Below, in pieces: positions 60,735 through 64,000 of a stretch of DNA of 64,000 nucleotides. The number at the start of each line of letters is the position of its first letter. Position 1 is the stretch's first letter. Source of the DNA: a virus; the IMG/VR virus record IMGVR_UViG_3300044643_000612, positions 20,338 to 84,337 of that record. One strand, given 5' to 3'. Position numbers and translations under genes: made by a program. A model generated the notes under the pieces. It was not told the origin of the DNA and made no database searches. It saw only the letters and a list, made by a program, of their open reading frames with translations.

Positions 60735-62036
60735 TCAGTTAATTCGGACCGTGCCGGGCGGAAGCTGGCTACCGGCGGCAGCGGGAGCCGCTTGGCCACC
60801 CAAAGAAGACGCACCATCTGAGAACACAGGGATACCGTTATCCTGCATAGCCTTATTTTCAATGGCCATAGCCGTACCAAAGTCACCCCTTTGCATGGCT
60901 TTCATGTACGGGCCGTTGGTCTGAAGCCCCTGCCGAACCCACTTACGCCCTTCTTCGGAGCGCTTAAAGTCTTCTGCTCGTAGCTGCTTTTCCATGGCGC
61001 TAGCGCCACGGTCAGCGGAGTACCTTTGGGCGCTAGCCGCAAGACGCGCCTTAGCCATCTCAGTAGCATTCCCCTCTCGGGCAATCTGCATTGCCTGATC
61101 TAGCTTGATACCTTCCGCAACCATCTGCTTCGTAGCCTGTATCTCGCTCAGAGTCATATTCATCAGTTCGGCGCGCTGCTTGTTGGTGGCCCCTTCCTGC
61201 GCCGCCAGCGCGTCGATAGCCTCCCGCATACCCTGTTTGCGTTCCTTGGCCATCTGCTGCGCACCCGGTAGAGCAGACTCGATACCCGCAGCAGCCCCAC
61301 GTAGGAACCCACCCGGGGTCGTCGCCATCTTGGCTCCGATCTGGGCCAGCGTCATGTACATGTCCTGCTTCTTCTGCGCTGCCTGCGCTTCGGGGGACAT
61401 CTCGCTCTCGTAGTAGCCTCGCTGCATATCCGAGTACTTCGTCTCGCGTCCGAGGAGCGCTTCCCGCTCGTCCATTCTGCGCTTAATTTCTTCGGGGTCG
61501 GTAACCGATAGCTGCCGCATTTTCTCGCTCGCGGTCTGCGGCTTCTTGACCGCACCTGCTTCTGCGAAGGCCACGATTCCGCCGTTAGCGTAGCCGCCGT
61601 TGTCAGGTTCATCGAACATGCTGGGCGGGAGTGGCAGACCCACAATACCGCCGGACGCCATGCTGGGGGGAGGACCCATGGGAGACGGAGGCTCCATAGG
61701 CGGGGGACCGCCCATAGGCGGAGGCGGACCCATCGGGGGACCGCCCATAGGCGGAGGAGCGGGGGGAGCACCACCGGGCGCGATAGCACCAAGACCCGCA
61801 CCGCCGGGAGGCATGGGGGGAGCCGGAGGGGCAAAAGTCTGCTGAGCGACGGTCTGTTGCGGAGCTGCTTCTTGTTGAGCGGCAGAGCGCATACGGTCGA
61901 TGAACATGCCCGCAAGGGTACCGGCAGTGGGGTCAACGACTCCCATCTGCATCGCCTGAGCGATCTTCTGCTTGTTACCGCCGTAGTCCTTAGCGATCTG
62001 CTCGGGGGACTGGAGGTTGAACGGCTTCGTTTCCAT
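60735..62036 (-). CDS. Ejection / internal virion protein
   Basis: Pro-rich segment, MASGGIV and ANGGIVAFAE motifs, helical remainder. Confidence 0.6.
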   Translation of the reverse strand: METKPFNLQSPEQIAKDYGGNKQKIAQAMQMGVVDPTAGTLAGMFIDRMRSAAQQEAAPQQTVAQQTFAPPAPPMPPGGAGLGAIAPGGAPPAPPPMGGPPMGPPPPMGGPPPMEPPSPMGPPPSMASGGIVGLPLPPSMFDEPDNGGYANGGIVAFAEAGAVKKPQTASEKMRQLSVTDPEEIKRRMDEREALLGRETKYSDMQRGYYESEMSPEAQAAQKKQDMYMTLAQIGAKMATTPGGFLRGAAAGIESALPGAQQMAKERKQGMREAIDALAAQEGATNKQRAELMNMTLSEIQATKQMVAEGIKLDQAMQIAREGNATEMAKARLAASAQRYSADRGASAMEKQLRAEDFKRSEEGRKWVRQGLQTNGPYMKAMQRGDFGTAMAIENKAMQDNGIPVFSDGASSLGGQAAPAAAGSQLPPGTVRIN

Positions 62037-62045
62037 CGTCAGCCC

Positions 62046-63695
62046 TTACCTATACATGTTGTACATGCTGGCCGCGCTAAGGCCCGTACCCACCGCCTGC
62101 TGGAACATAGAAGGAGCTGCGGTCGCCGTCGTCTGGGTGTTGTTCATTTGGATGGGCAGGCCACGGATGATATTGCTGTAGTTGCCCAGCTGCTCCATCG
62201 GGTAATTCTGCTGCCGCTGGAAGTCCCCATACGACATATCCATGCGCTGCTGTTCCATGCGCTGCTGCATACCCGCCGCATCCCCCTGAGCCTGAAGCCG
62301 AGAGAGGTTGGACTGCTGCTGGTACTGGCCGAGGTTACCCAGAGTTTGCGCCATCTGACCTGCGGCTTGCGCGCCAGCCAGACCCTGCTGGGAACCGAAC
62401 TGACGTGACTGCTCCCCAAGGCGCTGCGCCTCAAGGTTCTGCGTGGAGTTGAACTGCCCCGCCGTAAGCCCAGCCTGCTGATTAGCCAGCGCTGCCTGAA
62501 GCCCGGCCTGCTGATTGTCCCGGGAAGCCTGATACCCGTACTGCTGGTTGGACTGGTTCGCCGTAAGGTCTGCCTGCTGGTTAGCCAGTGCCGCCTGCAT
62601 GGCTTGCTGAGCGCTAAGCCCCTGTGTCTGAAGCTGCGCCGCAAGGTTCTGTTGACCCACGGTGAGGCCAGCCTGCTGGTTAGCGAGGGAGGCTTGGAGC
62701 GACGCCTGCTGGTTAGCCATTGCAGCTTGCATAGCCTGCTGGGCATTGAGGCCCTGCGTCTGGAGCTGCGCCGCGAGGTTCTGTACCCGCGACTGACTTT
62801 CAGCGTCGAGGTTAGCCAGCGCTGCCTGAAGACCAGTCTGGGTCCCAAGCTGCTGCACACCAAGCCGGGCTTGGAGGTTTGCTTGTCCTGTAGTCAGCCC
62901 CGCAGCGCGGTCGCGCTCAAACTGAGCCTGCGCGTTCTCATACGCCGACTGGGACCCACGGGCTTGGATGTCGCCCATCTGCTGGCCGAGGTTCCGCTCA
63001 CGCTCAAGAGACGCAAGCAGTTGGCGGCTACCGCCATAGGTTCCCTGACGAGCTGCGCCGAGGTCTTGGACAAGCTGCCCCTGCTTTGCGTCCCGGATAG
63101 CTTCGCGCTTCTGGATGTCGGTGACGTTCTGCTGGTACGGCGACATGTACTGGGAGGCTTGCTGGCCACCAAACTGCTGCGGCCCCTCCATCTGGTACTG
63201 CTGAAGTTCAGGACGAAACCCAGTCTGCGCCGCCCGCATCTCCGGGGAGGTGTATTCCCTCGCTTGGATTTGCTGCGCTTGGACGTCCGCAGGCCCCCGC
63301 ATCTGGTACTGTTGGAGCCCCGCAGCTTGGACTTGCTGCGCTTGGATACGTTCGGCCTGCGCCTGCTGAGCTTGGACCTGTTCCGGAGTCACCCCTTGCG
63401 TGGTGTACTGGTACGGGTTGTATTGAGAAGAGGCGAGCGCTTGGAGCCCGGCCTGCTCCGCCATGGCGGAGCCGACGTTGTACTGGTCCGGGGACTGGAG
63501 CCCCATGACATTCTGTTGGACTTCCAGCTGCGCAGGCGTGAACCCAGCGATGCGCTCTTGGCCGTAAGGCGTGTACTGCCGGTTCGACTCTGCCTGCGCG
63601 CGGCGCATGACGTCTTCGTAGAACGGGCGAGCGTACTCCGGGACGTTGGAGGTCGTCTGCGTGACTTGTGAGACCTGCGTGTTCGACTTGCTCAT
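62046..63695 (-). CDS. Ejection / DNA transfer protein with QAALANQQA repeats
   Basis: YGQERIAGFTPAQ, QYMSPYQ and YGGSRQ motifs, homologous to 12692..13729. Confidence 0.65.
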   Translation of the reverse strand: MSKSNTQVSQVTQTTSNVPEYARPFYEDVMRRAQAESNRQYTPYGQERIAGFTPAQLEVQQNVMGLQSPDQYNVGSAMAEQAGLQALASSQYNPYQYTTQGVTPEQVQAQQAQAERIQAQQVQAAGLQQYQMRGPADVQAQQIQAREYTSPEMRAAQTGFRPELQQYQMEGPQQFGGQQASQYMSPYQQNVTDIQKREAIRDAKQGQLVQDLGAARQGTYGGSRQLLASLERERNLGQQMGDIQARGSQSAYENAQAQFERDRAAGLTTGQANLQARLGVQQLGTQTGLQAALANLDAESQSRVQNLAAQLQTQGLNAQQAMQAAMANQQASLQASLANQQAGLTVGQQNLAAQLQTQGLSAQQAMQAALANQQADLTANQSNQQYGYQASRDNQQAGLQAALANQQAGLTAGQFNSTQNLEAQRLGEQSRQFGSQQGLAGAQAAGQMAQTLGNLGQYQQQSNLSRLQAQGDAAGMQQRMEQQRMDMSYGDFQRQQNYPMEQLGNYSNIIRGLPIQMNNTQTTATAAPSMFQQAVGTGLSAASMYNMYR

Positions 63696-63706
63696 CTCAG
63701 TTATCC

Positions 63707-64000
63707 TTACGCCAGACCACGACGGAGTTTGGTGTCTTCACCACGATCAGCCTTCTTACGTGCCTTATGCGCGCGGTCCATCATTGCGTACAGCTTGTCG
63801 GCCCCGCGCTTGTTGGAACCCTTGCCGATCCGGTTGACCGCCTGAGGGGGGAAGATAACCTCGTCACGCGCCACACGCGCTGCCTGCCTGCCACCAATCT
63901 TTGCAGGGACAGAGTCGCTTACGCCGTCGCCCGGTCCACGGACAGGCTGGCCACCCATGCGAGAGAGCATGTCGATCCCCGCGCTGCTGCTGCCGTTACC
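63707..64000 (-). CDS. Ejection protein C-terminus (5' part outside the window)
   Basis: VRGPGDGVSDSVPA...DE.I...GS.KRGA..L motif, homologous to the C-terminus of 10396..12690. Confidence 0.65.
   Translation of the reverse strand, partial: GNGSSSAGIDMLSRMGGQPVRGPGDGVSDSVPAKIGGRQAARVARDEVIFPPQAVNRIGKGSNKRGADKLYAMMDRAHKARKKADRGEDTKLRRGLA

Overview
The window is entirely tailed-phage DNA with no host genes, rRNA, tRNA, CRISPR array or integrase that I can recognise. It looks like two related podovirus-type genome segments joined back to back, probably from phages of Alphaproteobacteria (GcrA and GapR homologues). Segment A (1 to about 38-40 kb) has lysis, tail and ejection genes on +, converging at about 18.6 kb on a minus-strand replication module: SNF2 helicase, GcrA, VRR-NUC, family-A DNA polymerase, GapR, DUF2815 SSB, DUF2800 nuclease and primase-helicase. 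Small early genes and an isolated terS follow. Segment B (about 39-64 kb) has a second replication module on + converging on minus-strand ejection genes. The most striking signal is that both DNA polymerases carry homologous inteins at different sites, each with a homing endonuclease in a different reading frame. In B the intein is contiguous and an HNH gene is overprinted inside it. In A the intein is split into IntN and IntC genes around a GIY-YIG gene. All family assignments come from motif recognition by eye, not database searches.
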